Positions 1 to 13,359 of a stretch of 64,000 nt of DNA are shown here, piece by piece. Both the position numbers and the translations under genes were made by a program. The notes beneath the pieces were generated by a model, which did no database searches, was not told the DNA's origin, and saw only the letters and a program-made list of their open reading frames with translations. Every line of letters begins with the position of its first letter. Positions within the stretch are counted from its first letter, which is position 1. Origin of the DNA: the human T2T-CHM13v2.0 reference genome, Homo sapiens; the NCBI RefSeq assembly GCF_009914755.1, contig NC_060928.1. One strand, written 5' to 3'.

Positions 1-14
1 AGTAATGAAAGTGG

Positions 15-235
15 TACCATTTATCGACTATATATATTTACCAGGCATGGTGCTTATCATATTTCATACATTATTATGATCCTCATAGTAACCCTATAAA
101 TGGAGATGGAACTGTGGAATTTAAACATGAGCAAAGGAGACAAACAACAGGTAATTAATTAGCTCAAGGTCACAGAAGATTTAAACCCAGGCAATGTAGA
201 ATCCTGAGTTTTTTCTTTAACCCCTGAAGTATACT
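15..235 (-). mobile_element. MIR SINE fragment
   Basis: MIR-like motifs CCTCATAGTAACCCTAT, GCTCAAGGTCACAG and GATTTAAACCCAGGCA; boundaries approximate. Confidence 0.6.
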
Positions 236-849
236 AATTTCCCCAAATGCTACCACTTTATTATTCTGTTTATTTCACTGTTATGGATCCTACTGAATCT
301 AGACTGCACAAGATAATTTTAATAACGAAATAAAACTCGAAGAAGTTCTCACCAGAAGCAGAGGTTTCCCTTGCCAAGTTATTCTACATGAGCTGCTTAT
401 CTGGTTTCTTGCCAAACCAATATGCATAAACACTGAAATTGCAGAAAGAAGAATGCAAATCACAAAGCTCGTTTTTATTAGGCTCATGTTGAAAACACAT
501 AACTGAGCTTAGCACGTGTAAACTGAGTTTAAGAATGGTTGTGGCATTTTCTTGAAAACTGGGAAAAAATATTGTATATTTATACTCCACAAAGTAAACC
601 AAAAATATCCCTTTGAAGTATTTAAATGAACAATAAAAAATAATGTATTATTTAAGATAATTATAAAATAAAGCTATTACTTGTGAAAATTTGGAGAAAT
701 TATGATTCTAGTTTAAAAGTGGTATCTCCTTTCTCCTTTCTTTCTATTTCGCTCTCCCACCTCACCCCCATCATCTCCCATATACTTGTACAATCACAAT
801 CACCGTTCATGTAAATCAAATTTCTGAAACCAAAAACGAGGTCTTATTC

Positions 850-1390
850 CTGCTCAGTCCAATCTATTTGCCACATTTTCCCGCATGAGTGTCCCAAAGT
901 AAATTTGTATGATGTTATTTACAGCATCTCAGAGACTCCATCAACATTCAATTCTGATCTTGGTGCACAAAGCCCTTCTTGATTTGGCACTTGCTTAATT
1001 TCCAGTTCACTCCTGCCACTCTCAGATGTGCTTCCTGATCTTTGACTTTCCCTGTAGAAATGCTACCTGCTTGTTCATGGCTTGGTGCCTTTCACCATGT
1101 TGTTCTCTCTAACTGGAATTCTACATGATGAACACCTACTCATTGCTCAAAATTCAATGTAAATAAATAGTTCTCTGAGAAGTGTTTCTGACCTTCTCCA
1201 AACAGAAGGATGATCACCCCTGTCTAGACGCTTGCATAGCACTCTGCATTTACTATATTGAATTATAATTTTTATTCAGCATATTGCATTGCAATTACTT
1301 ATTCACTACCATATTTATTATCAGCCTATTAAAACCTGTGCCTGTGGCTTATTGGTCTTGTTTACCATGACTGGTACAGTGCAGAGTAAT
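850..1390 (+). mobile_element. L2 LINE 3' fragment
   Basis: Degenerate L2-like motifs CACAAAGCCCTTCTTGATTTGGC, CCTACTCATTGCTCAA and TCTGAGAAGTGTTTCTGACC. Confidence 0.55.
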
Positions 1391-2186
1391 GTCTAGACAG
1401 TTAAAATGGGAACTTCTCTGTCTCTGAGTTTTTTTCTGAGACCACAAAGCAGACAACAGTATGGGTCAAGTATTTTTACATTTTAGACTGTCTATATGAG
1501 CTTGTAAAGGGGGTTCTTAAACCATTCCTGCAGTTTTGTGATAAGCAAATATTATAAATAAGTTAAGTTCTAATACAATATCACCTCAGTATTATATACA
1601 AAAGGGCAGTATCTAGTATATAAAATATAAAATGTGTATACTATACAGTATATGGTATACAGTAGATAGTATATATAAAAGCGCAGTAAGCTGCTGCCCT
1701 TTTTTATTTAATATATGTGGCTTATACATTTGATGGTGTTAATTTTTCAAATCAGGTTAGAAAATCTTATCAGTCTGCTAGCACACTTCAGTTTTGCACC
1801 TTTATTACTTCTGTCACTGCCATGTTATGTTACTATTGAAAATAAGCCCTGTATGGTCCAATGTGTCCTACCTAATGTGGATCACTTGCTAGTTTAGATT
1901 CCTACAGCAAGAGATGGCAGTTCTCCACTGACTTTCTAAGGCTTCAGAGATTTTTTTCAGTTTATATTCATATGCTCAGCTATTTCACTGAAAAATGATG
2001 CCACTAAAGTCTAGAGCTGCTTCTACCCCCATCCACAGCCTACATTGCAATCCAGCTTCCCCAAGGCCACTCAATAATAAATGTGATGATAAATCTGTTA
2101 CAAGCAGATAAACACTTGAGAATCAAGGTTCATCTATTGGACACCTATGGATAAATGAGTATTTGGGGTATTTAAAAAATTTATGT

Positions 2187-2538
<352 letters not shown>

Positions 2539-3339
2539 TTAAATTGAGGAATAACAAACTTATTTAACATTTTATTCATTAATTAAAAAATATTTATTAT
2601 TGTACTACTGCGCTGGGCACTGAGAATTCAGGAATGAACAAAATATTCCAAGTTGCTATGCTCAGGGAACTTACAATCTATTTGGGGAGACAAAAAATGC
2701 ACTAAAATGTAAATATGTATGTGTGTGTATATATATACACCCATAAATATTTATACACATATGTATGTATATGTCAATATCATCAGGAGACTTAACATCC
2801 AGTTGGAGAAAATAAGTTATATGTTAAATAAAATTCAACAGTTAAATAATGCATAGAAATATAAAATAATAATTAAAAGTCCCAAGAGAGAATGGATTTT
2901 GGTGTATTTGTTTAAATAGTGAAACTATGAATTAAGAGGATGTGATCACTCTAGCTTGAAAGGGTTATTGAAGGAAAGGAGACTTGAGCCTGAAGAAGCC
3001 ATATAATTAGAGAAGTCAGTGATCTCATCAATGGCTCATTTTAGTTAAAGCATTTAGAAGCAACAGTCTTACATTAGAACTCTAGAATGTTTAGGAAGAT
3101 TTACTCATAACCTATACATATCAATAGAAAGGTGTTCTTGGAAGGAAATTCATTAAACAAAATCTGATACATCAACTAAGACTCAATTCTGAGTGTTCCT
3201 TCATAGATTTCTGCCTAAACAATTTTGGTGGAGGGAATTTTCAGTAACACCATAAAGTGAGTATATTGATTGTCACTGTGAAGAAAAGCATACAGATTTT
3301 CAGGCAATCTGTTCATTGATAGATGTCTTAATAAACTTC

Positions 3340-3546
3340 AAAACTGGCAGCTGCTTCCCAATATCCTAATATTACTAATTGTGCTATATTCTCTTCGTCA
3401 CAAACTATATCCTGGGAATGAGTTGACAACCTATAGAAAGATAAGGATCTCGGTCCCGTGTGTTCACTGTGTACACCACGAATGAATGGGCAATTGTGGC
3501 ATAGTGTAATAGGCATTCAGTGAATATATTTGTTAAGTGAATGAAA
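3340..3546 (+). mobile_element. L2 3' end fragment
   Basis: Ends GGCATTCAGTGAATATATTTGTTAAGTGAATGAA, an L2-type tail. Confidence 0.55.
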
Positions 3547-3929
3547 TATATAATATGAACTGAAAGATATAAACTGAGTATTCCCTATAGTCCTATGGGG
3601 AAATTTGACATATTTCGCTATAATGCAAAAATAAATTTAATTTATCATTTCTTATTTAAGCTTATTATATTCTCAATATTTCTCTCCTGCTTATCTATTG
3701 GAGTTCCTCTGTAAATTTAACTTTTTTGTAAAACTTCGATTTTCTTCTCTGTGTGTTTTTTTGCATGGTGGGTGATGTTACCAACTGCAAAAAAAAAAGC
3801 TCAAATCAAATCAACATATATATGTTTGTAATTATACACATGCTTAGTACTATTATTATATATGTAATATTTACATACTATACATAAACATACACTATAC
3901 ACATTATAAATGTACACTCTCTGTATTTA

Positions 3930-4673
<744 letters not shown>

Positions 4674-4994
4674 ATAATTTAATAATTATAATACAATATA
4701 CAATTTTTTTAATGCTAAGATGAAGCCAGGCGACTGAGCTGATCTGAGACTACATTTTCTGTAGGCATGCCATCTGGGTTTCTTTAAGCACACCTATTCC
4801 CCTTCCTCAATTTTCAATAGAAATGTGTTATTTGCCCATTATTTGTAAATAAAAGTATTTAGAGTATAAAATTAATTGAGGACCACTGTGAAAGGGCTTA
4901 GAAATTCTTAACTAACCACTTTCTTCCCTATGAGTTTTACATGTATTGCATCATTATATTTCCCTTTATTACCTAACATTTTTAAGATTCTTGG

Positions 4995-5432
4995 TTTCTA
5001 TTCAAGTTATCTTTTGCTGCAAAATATCTTTTTCCTTACAAACTTAGTGGCTCAAAACAAGAAGATTTATTTTGCTGAGGAATCTGTGATTTGGGCAGTG
5101 CTCGACAGGGACAACTATTCCTTTCTTCACTCGGATTCGAGTGGTGTAGCTCAAAGGCTACAGGCTAGAATTTTCTGCCAGCTTGCTCATTGGTGGTGAA
5201 TGCTCAGATCAGTTGGAACCTCATCAGGGATGGGGCTAGAATACCTACCTGTGGCTTTTCTGTAATTCCACATAGTGTATTGTCTGAGGTCTCAGGTGAA
5301 TGTCCCAAAGAGATAGAGGGAAGCTTTATTGCCCCTGAAGTCACATAGCCTTCCTTCTGCCATCTTCTGTTTATTAGAAGCAAGTCACTAAGGCTGGCCT
5401 TTTTTGAAATGTAGGGAGTTAGATACCACCTT
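4995..5432 (-). mobile_element. MLT1 (ERVL-MaLR) LTR, interrupted by L1PB and resuming briefly after 6123
   Basis: ACAAACTTAGTGGCTCAAAACAA, GAAGTCACATAGCC and AGAAGCAAGTCACTAAGGCTGGCC are MLT1-type motifs. Confidence 0.7.
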
Positions 5433-5435
5433 TAA

Positions 5436-6122
5436 AAAAAATTATCTCAATAGTTTTGTGGGTCCAGGTAGTTTTTGTTTACATGGATAAGTTCTTTAGC
5501 AGTGATTTCTGAGAGACTTTAGTCCACCTGTCACCCAAGTAGTGTACACTGTACCCAATATGTAGTTGTTTATCCCTCACCCTCCTTTCAGCTTTCTCCC
5601 CTGAGTCCCAAAGTCCATTATATTATTCTTATACATTTACAACTTTATAGCTTAGCTCCCTCTTATAAGAGAGAACATGTGATGTTTGGTTTTCCATACC
5701 CGAGCTACTTCACTTAGAATAATAGCTTCCAGCTCTTATAAGAGAGAACATGTGATGTTTGGTTTTCCATACCCGAGCTACTTCACTTAGAATAATAGCT
5801 TCCAGCTCCATCCAAGTTGCTACAAAAGAAATTATTTCATTCCATTTATGGCTGAGTAGTATTCCATAGTGTGTCTATACCATGTTTTCTTTATCCACTT
5901 TTTGGTCGATGGGCACTTAGATTAGTTCCATATCTTTGCAATTGCAAATTGTGCTGCTATAAACGTGTGTGCATCTGTCTTTTTCATATAGTGACTTCTT
6001 TTCCTTTGGGTAGATACCCAGTAGTGGGATAGCTGGATGGACTGATAGTTCTACTTGGAAACTTCGTACTGTTTTCCATAGTGGTTGTTCTGATTTACAT
6101 TTCTACCAGGAGTGTAAAAGTG
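5436..6122 (-). mobile_element. 5'-truncated L1PB-type element (3' end)
   Basis: L1PB-like 3'UTR TTACATGGATAAGTTCTTTAG and GTGTACACTGTACCCAAT; 16-bp TSD TAGAYACCACCTTTAA at 5420-5435 and 6123-6138. Confidence 0.88.
5661..5806. repeat. Perfect 2 x 73-bp tandem duplication
   Basis: 5661-5733 is identical to 5734-5806. Confidence 0.97.
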
Positions 6123-6909
6123 TAGACACCACCTTTAATGGTTAAATATTGCAGAAAATCATCTCAGCTTTCTAAGTCATAAATGATATTATGGTAAAGA
6201 CAATTTTGAAATTTCACAGAGAATTTTTTAAAAATTATCTATAACGATTTCCTGCTATTGCCAGTTTCTGGATATCTTCTGCTTATTTAAAGATGAAAAA
6301 AGCCCCCAATACTTTTTTGACCATCACACAAACTATCTTGAGGTCTCTTGTAAATTAAAACACAAAAGTTCTTGAAAGTAAGCATCGTTAGCCTTCTCCT
6401 TTTGGTTTCTTAATTAACCCCATAATCAGCATATTCAATCATCAATCTTTTTAGTATACAAATGATACAAAGTGACTTATCAAAAGTGTTGTTAATAATT
6501 TACAGGTAATAGAGTAAATTTATATGTTTATGTACCTCACTTTACTTCTTGGGAAAGACATTTCGTGTCAAAAAGCATAATCTGAACAAACAAGAAGCAC
6601 CACTACTGATTGGGAAACTACTTACTTTAGTGCTACCTTATCAGCTCTTACCTATAAGCCATGTCAGCTCCTCACTGGTTTTCATCCCTAAGTGACATCA
6701 GCAGCAGCAACAGCTATTGTGTTATTGATTTAAATCCTTCTGAGATCAATTCAAAGGAGGAGAGGTCTCATTTCCATTGGTTTGTCCTGTTTATCTTGTG
6801 TAGGGACACAAGTCTGAGAAATCAAAATTTTATTCTCTTGTTTCTAACAAGCCTTACAACATTATATTTCATTCATGGTATAATTTGACTCATATTTTAT
6901 TTTCTGAAC

Positions 6910-7203
6910 TTTTTTTGTTTTGTTTTGTTTGCGACAGGGTCTTGCTCTGTTGCCCAGGCTAGAGTGCAGTGGTGCAGTCTCGGCTCACTGCAGCCTTGAC
7001 CTGCCAGGCTCAACTGCTCTTCCCACCTCAGCCCCCACAAGTAGCTGGAACTGCAAGCAAGCACCACCATGCCTGGCCAATTTTTGTGTTTTTCTGTGGA
7101 AATGGAGCCTCACTGTGTTGCCCAGGCTGGTCTGGTACTTGAACTCAAGTAATCCACCTGCCTTGGCCTCTGGGATTACAGGCATGAGCCACCGTGCCCA
7201 GCC
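6910..7203 (-). mobile_element. AluJ
   Basis: CAGGGTCTTGCTCTGTTGCCCAGGC and CACTGCAGCCTTGACC (J-type); TSD TATTTYCTGAACTTT at 6898 and 7204. Confidence 0.9.
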
Positions 7204-7419
7204 TATTTCCTGAACTTTAAATACAATATCAGGGAGAAAATCAACAATATTTTGCAGTAAAAGTTCGAATATTCATGTAAACATTTGTACTCTTTTCCCA
7301 TTCCATTGGAATAGTTAATAAAATCAGAATATAAAAATTTCATATGCAATTAAAAAATTCATGATAAGTTAAAGGAGTTTCCATCTTTTAGTTTAATGAT
7401 TTAAAGATTTTACTTCTAA

Positions 7420-7950
7420 TTATTTTAGTTGCAAGTGATATGTATTTATGCATATATCTATCTCTCATTATGCATCTGTCTCTCTATCTATCTCATCATC
7501 TTTTGATACTTCTCCTAGGCTGAATGTTTCACATTTTTTCTCTTAGTCCAGAAAATATGTTCTGCTTTCCTGCTTATATGGGGAAAATGACCACTGCCAA
7601 TAGCTTCAAGTTTATTTCTCTCTTATTCCAGAAGGCTGGCAGATTGAGATTAGAATCTCTCATCCAATTTTAGTTTCTGAGGAGCAACTGATTTGCCAAG
7701 CTGGTGTCAGCTTTTTAGCCCTGAACCAAAAAATTGTGGCCAAAGAATGATGAGTTCATTTTAAATAAATATATGACTAGAAATAGCATTCAATATTAGG
7801 ATAGTTCAGTGTGGAATAGAGATAATTATTCCCTGAAATTATAAAGTGTGTGTGAGGCTATGCACATGCAATATGTGTGTGTGTAGATATGCCTCCATAT
7901 TGTGGTATGGCAGTGGTGGCTTATTTGCTAGTGAGATAAACAATATGTGT
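7420..7950 (-). mobile_element. Old MLT1 (J/K/L-like) LTR remnant
   Basis: TTTTAGTTGCAAGTGA start; CCCTGAACCAAAAAATTGTGGCCA resembles the old MLT1 core. Confidence 0.5.
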
Positions 7951-8510
7951 CCACTTTGGGATGTTACATATATGCCTAATCAATATTTTGAGGATGAGCC
8001 TATTTACTTCTCTGGTTGATTTAAGTACAGAAAAGTGTAATGAATAATACTTGGCTTGAAGATCTAGCTATACTTAGAATAGGTTGACAGAACCATTAAT
8101 TTCAAATGAATATGGACCTTTATTTTGGGTAGAGGATTCTATTATATATTTGCCAACAATGCAGAATGTTGTTTCTTAATAATAGTATTGAGATCTAAAA
8201 ACATTTACACTGTACTGTGTGCTCAGAAATTACATAAGATGAAACATTGGTATAACCTATAGGAAGGCGAGATTGAGGGATAGTTGTTATAAATAAGAGG
8301 CTTAGCTTGTTAAGAACAAAGAACAGAGTTTTTCTGTTCTTTGAGATGATTTATGAAAAGAGACACCTTTCATACATTAGTGCATTAATATATGAATATA
8401 ATATTATATTGTAATATTACGTAATTGTAATATTACATTTTATGAAATAAGCTAATCATCTCTGAAAACAGCAGCAGCTTTATAAAATAAGTAATAGTAG
8501 CAGACTTTAA

Positions 8511-8811
8511 CTGTTTTGTTGAGACCGATTATTTGCCCTATTGCCAAGGCAGGAGTACAGTGGCATAGTCATAGTTCACTGCAACCTCTAATTCTTGGGC
8601 TCAACTGATACTCCTTCCTCAGCCTCCCAAATAGCTGGGACCACAGTCATGTGCCACCATGCCTGGCTACTTGTTTTACTTTTTAAAATTTTTAGTGGAG
8701 ATGAGGTCTCACTATGTTGCTCATGTTGGTCTCAAACTGCTGGGCTCAAGTGATCCTCCCTCCCTGGTCTCCCAAAGTGTAGGGATTAGTCATGAGCCAC
8801 CATGCCTGACC
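8511..8811 (-). mobile_element. AluJ
   Basis: Diverged dimer with GGGCTCAAGTGATCCTCCC; TSD CAGACTTTAA at 8501 and 8811. Confidence 0.88.
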
Positions 8812-10319
8812 AGACTTTAATATTTTAGGCGAATCCTTCTAGTTCTTAACGTTTCAACCTTATAGATTTTATATTTCCAAGCATTTTACATAAACCATTT
8901 TCAGTGAAAGAGATTTTCAAATTATTTCCTTGACAGGGATGTAGAATTAGTATTCATTTCACAGAAAGAACAATGATATGATAACAGAAGTATTCACTGT
9001 TAGGGAAAAAAGTTGGAACTCAGAGTTCCTGAGGCATGTTTGAATTTATTCAGTTAAATTATGTTTATTTCAGAAAGACTGAAGAGCTAAAAGAGCTAGT
9101 TTCAGCTTTCTTATAATTAAATCAGTGCTTTATACCTGTTAGGCTAGGTGTAAATGAAAGAAATAGGGGTGTAGAAATACAAGGTATGTTAATTACAGTT
9201 CATTCATAATGCATTGCAAAGGATCTTTCCTAATTGCAGAAGCATATTTTAAGAAAGTTTCAGGTATTAAGACATAGTTTATGAGATCTTGCACCCAAAC
9301 ACATAACGTCTCCAGGCCCTAAGCAAGGTAAAGATAACAACCAAAAGTTGTCCAGTTTAAATTAAGTAAACAAACTCTGTGGAATTATAGTAGAAAGAAA
9401 TTTAATAGCAGAGGGTAGATAACAAAGAGATTGAAGATAACTAATTACAATATTAATTAGTACCTTTGTTGGCCTTAAATTGGTGGACCTAAGAGAGTAC
9501 TCTGAAAATGCAACATGTATTAATTGAACATGTGGGAAACTACCAATACTAGAGTGCTTTTTTTTTTGAGTGCCTATGATTAATTGTAATGGGAAGATGG
9601 AGAGGTTTTATTAATGACCACCACTGGCTAGCTGGCTAGTAAGATTCTTGATAAAGAAATGTTATTATTCTTGGCTTTTTAAACTACACACCAAGCTTTA
9701 ATCTGAAGTATATTTCAAAAAGTTAATGTTAAACAATTTGAAAATGTGAAACATGGAAAATAACACAATTATATGTTTATAAGAGATAGGGTAGTTTTAA
9801 TGACTTCCTAAGCAGAATGGACTAAAAATGACTAAAAGTTTGTCTAACTCTATACTATCACAAAATAATTGACTTGTCCGTTTTTAATGAGTATGCACGT
9901 GATCAATTGTCAAGTTAATAATGCCAATTATTATCTCAGAGATGTCAGTCTATTATTAACCTGTGACAGATATTAACTATACATATTGGTAAATAATAAA
10001 GTGTGCAAGGGGAAATTAATTAAACTAATATATAAATGTGAGTAAAGGGGAGATGATTGATATTTTTGTATATCAAGATTTTACTTTTATTTAAAACATA
10101 TTTTATTTTTAAAATAAAATGAAATTTAAAATATTTTATAATAAGCAACTCAAATAAATATATGAAGAATACATTTTAGCGCATTATTTTGAGAAATTTA
10201 TCATCTGTTATTAAAGATTTTAATTAGGGAAATATTTTTAAAAATAGATGGTATTTTAATATTTTGTATTCCTATAAAAATACAATTGAGGATGTTTGGA
10301 ATAATCTGCAGGGGAAAAC

Positions 10320-11190
10320 ATTTTTAATCTTTTATTATAAAGTAAAACACAGATAATGAAAAGGAAACATGAAAAATGAAATAGTTTAAAAATTTATTGT
10401 AAGCCAAACACTTTCATAACCACATCAAGGTAAATAAATGGAATTTTACCAGTAACCCTTAAGTTCTTCCACCTGCTTCTATCCCAATCACAAATTTCTC
10501 TCTGAAAAAGTAGCATTCTCCCTCTTTTTTATGGTTCTACTATATGCATTTTGGGAAGGCATATAACCATTACATATTACAATCCATTCTAATTTTCATT
10601 TTCCTTTAGTTCTATAAGTGACCGTAGGTCAGTGCTCACAACCTTTTCATTTTTCTGTGTCTTGCTACTCATTTTGATTGTCTGAATGTCAGTTGTTGAA
10701 GTCATTTTTTTTAGTATCATGCATGTATTACCTCATTTTTTCATGGCATAAAGCATTGGTGCTGAAAAGTCTACTCATAATCTGCTATTCTTTCCCTTAT
10801 AACTATATTGCTGTTTCCTCCAACAAATGCCCAAAGGATGTATTGTTATTCTTTAATATCCACTACTCTCTCTCTTTCTTTATAAAAGAATTTAACTTGA
10901 TATCAGTCTTTCTGGATACTTATTTCAGATAGATAGTGTGCTCTTCAATGTACAATTTCACATTTTTAAAATCACTTCAGAAAAGTTTTCTTGAATTATA
11001 ATTTTAAACATTTGTTCTGTCTCCTTACTTTCATTTTAGTCTCCAGGGTAACATAATATATGTATATTGAATCTTGCTTGCCTATCTTCAATATTTATCT
11101 ATTTTGAATCTGTTACTTTTTATTTGTTTGTTGACGTTTAAAATTTCCTTCCTTCTTCCCTTCTATCTTTCTTAAAGCATAATATGTTGT
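10320..11190 (-). mobile_element. Old L1M (L1ME-like) fragments
   Basis: T-rich degenerate L1 antisense sequence, e.g. TTCAGAAAAGTTTTCTTGAATTAT. Confidence 0.5.
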
Positions 11191-11203
11191 GATAAAAATT
11201 ACA

Positions 11204-13355
11204 TTTTCTTAACAGCTTTATTGAGATATAATTTACATACCATGTAATTCACCCATTTAAAATGTATACTGCAATGGTTTTTAGTATATACATAGAGTTG
11301 TGTAACCATTACTTACAATTTTAGACTATGTATTCACTCCAAAAGGAAGTCTATACTTAATAGTGGTCACTCCAATTTTCCCCAAATGCCCCAAGCCCTA
11401 GGAAACCACTAATCGACTTTCTGTCTCAATAAATTGCCTGTTCTGGATGTTTCATATAAATGGAATCATATAATACGTGGTCTTTTTTGACTGGCTTCTT
11501 TTACTTAGCATATTATTTTCAAAGTTCATCCGTTATGTAGCATGTATCAGTACTTCATACTTTTTTATGGCCAAATAATAATTTATCATATGGATATACC
11601 ACATATTGTTATCCATTCATCAGTTGATGAAAATTTGGGTTGTTTCCACTTTTTGGCTATCATGATTAATGTTGCTATTAATATTTGTATACAAGATTTT
11701 GTGTGGACATATGTTTTAATTTCTCTTAGGTATATACCAAGGAGTAGAATTTCTGGTTCATATGGTAACTCTATTTTTAACATTTTGAGGAAGTGCCAAA
11801 CTCTTTTCCAAAACAGCTGCATTATTTTATATTTCTACAAGCAATGTATGAATGCTTCAATTTCTCCAGATTCTCAAAAAAACTTGATATTACAGTCCTT
11901 TAAAAGCTTTATTTAATTTGAATTGACATGTAATAATTGCACATATTAATGGGGTAGAGGTTGATATTTTGATACATGTATGCAATGTATAATGATCAGA
12001 TCCAGGTAATTAGCATAACCATCACCTCAAATATTTATCATTTGTTTGTGTTGGGATCTTTCAACATCCTCTCTTCTAGCTACTTGAAAATATATAATAA
12101 ATTATTCTTAACTATAGACACCCTACAGTGCTATGAAACACTAGAACTTTTTCCTCCTATTTAGCTGTAAGTTTGTAGCCATAAACCAACCTCTCCCTTC
12201 TCTTCCCTCCCATTTACTATTTCCACCCTCTAATAATCACAGTTCTGTTCCCTACTTCTGTGTCCTCAAGTATTTTGGCCTCCACATATGAGTAAGATCA
12301 TGCATTATTTATCTTTCAGTGCCTGATATATTTCATTAACATAATGTCCTCCAGGCTCATCTTTGTTGCTGCAGATGACAGGATTTCCTCTTGTAATGAC
12401 TCAGTAGTATTCTAATGTGTATATATACCACATTTTCTTATCCATTCATTTGTTCAAGGACACTTAGGTTGATTCCATCTCTTGACTGTTGTAAACAGTG
12501 CTACAATAAATATGGGGGGCAGATATCATTTCGATGTACTTATTTCCTTTCCTTCAGGTAAATAACAAGTAGTGGGATTGCCGGATCATATGGTAGTTTA
12601 TTTTTAGATCTATGAGGAACCTCCACACTGTTTTCCACACTGGGTGTACTAATTCCCATCAACAGTGTATTAGATTTCCCTTTTCTCCACATCCTCGGCA
12701 GCATTTATTTTTTGTCTTTTGATAATAGCCATTCTAACTGGGGTGAGATGATATGGCATTGTGGTTTTGATTTACATTACTCTTATGATTAGTGGTGACT
12801 ATTTTTTTCATTTACCTGTTGGCTATTTCTATGTCTTCTTTTAGAAATGTCTATTCAGATCCCTTGCCAAATGTTAAATTGGATTATTTTATTATTATTA
12901 TTATTATTATTATATTTTTTGCTATTTAGTTGTTTGAGCTCCTTGTATCTTCTGGATATTAATCCCTTGTCAGGTGAATAGTTTGCAAATATTTTTCCCA
13001 TTCTGCAGGTGGTCCTTTCACTTCGTTGATTGTTACGTTTTCTAGGCAGAGGATTTTTAGTTTTATCTAATCCCATCAGTCAATTTTTGCTTTCATTGCC
13101 AACACAAGTTATTTTCTGCTTTTTGTGTTTGTTGTTTCATTATACTAATCCACTTAGGTGTGAAGTGGCATTTCAAGTGGATTTAATTTGCATTTCCCTA
13201 ATAACTAATGATGCTGAACATCCATTCATGTGCTTATTGGTCATTTGTAGGTTTATTAGGATAAATGCCTATCTAAGTCTTTTGCCTATACTTTAATTGG
13301 GTTGTTTAAATTTGTTGTTGTTGAGTAGCAGGTGTTCTTTGTCTGTTCTGGATGG
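11204..13355 (-). mobile_element. L1MB 3' end, interrupted by L1MA at ~11908-13100
   Basis: AACAGCTTTATTGAGATATAATTTACATACCAT start; ORF 11586-11822 translates as L1 ORF2 C-terminus (IELPYEPEILLLGIY, KKWKQPK). Confidence 0.85.
11908..13100 (-). mobile_element. L1MA (MA4-like) 3' end nested in L1MB
   Basis: GATACATGTATGCAATGTATAATGATCAGATCCAGGTAATTAGCATA 3'UTR; ORF2 remnant KIFANYSPDKGLIS (12855-13076). Confidence 0.85.
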
Positions 13356-13359
13356 TAAA

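Noticed and set aside
1905-1921. GCAAGAGATGGCAG as a CTCF site
   Set aside because: Three mismatches in the 5' half of the core
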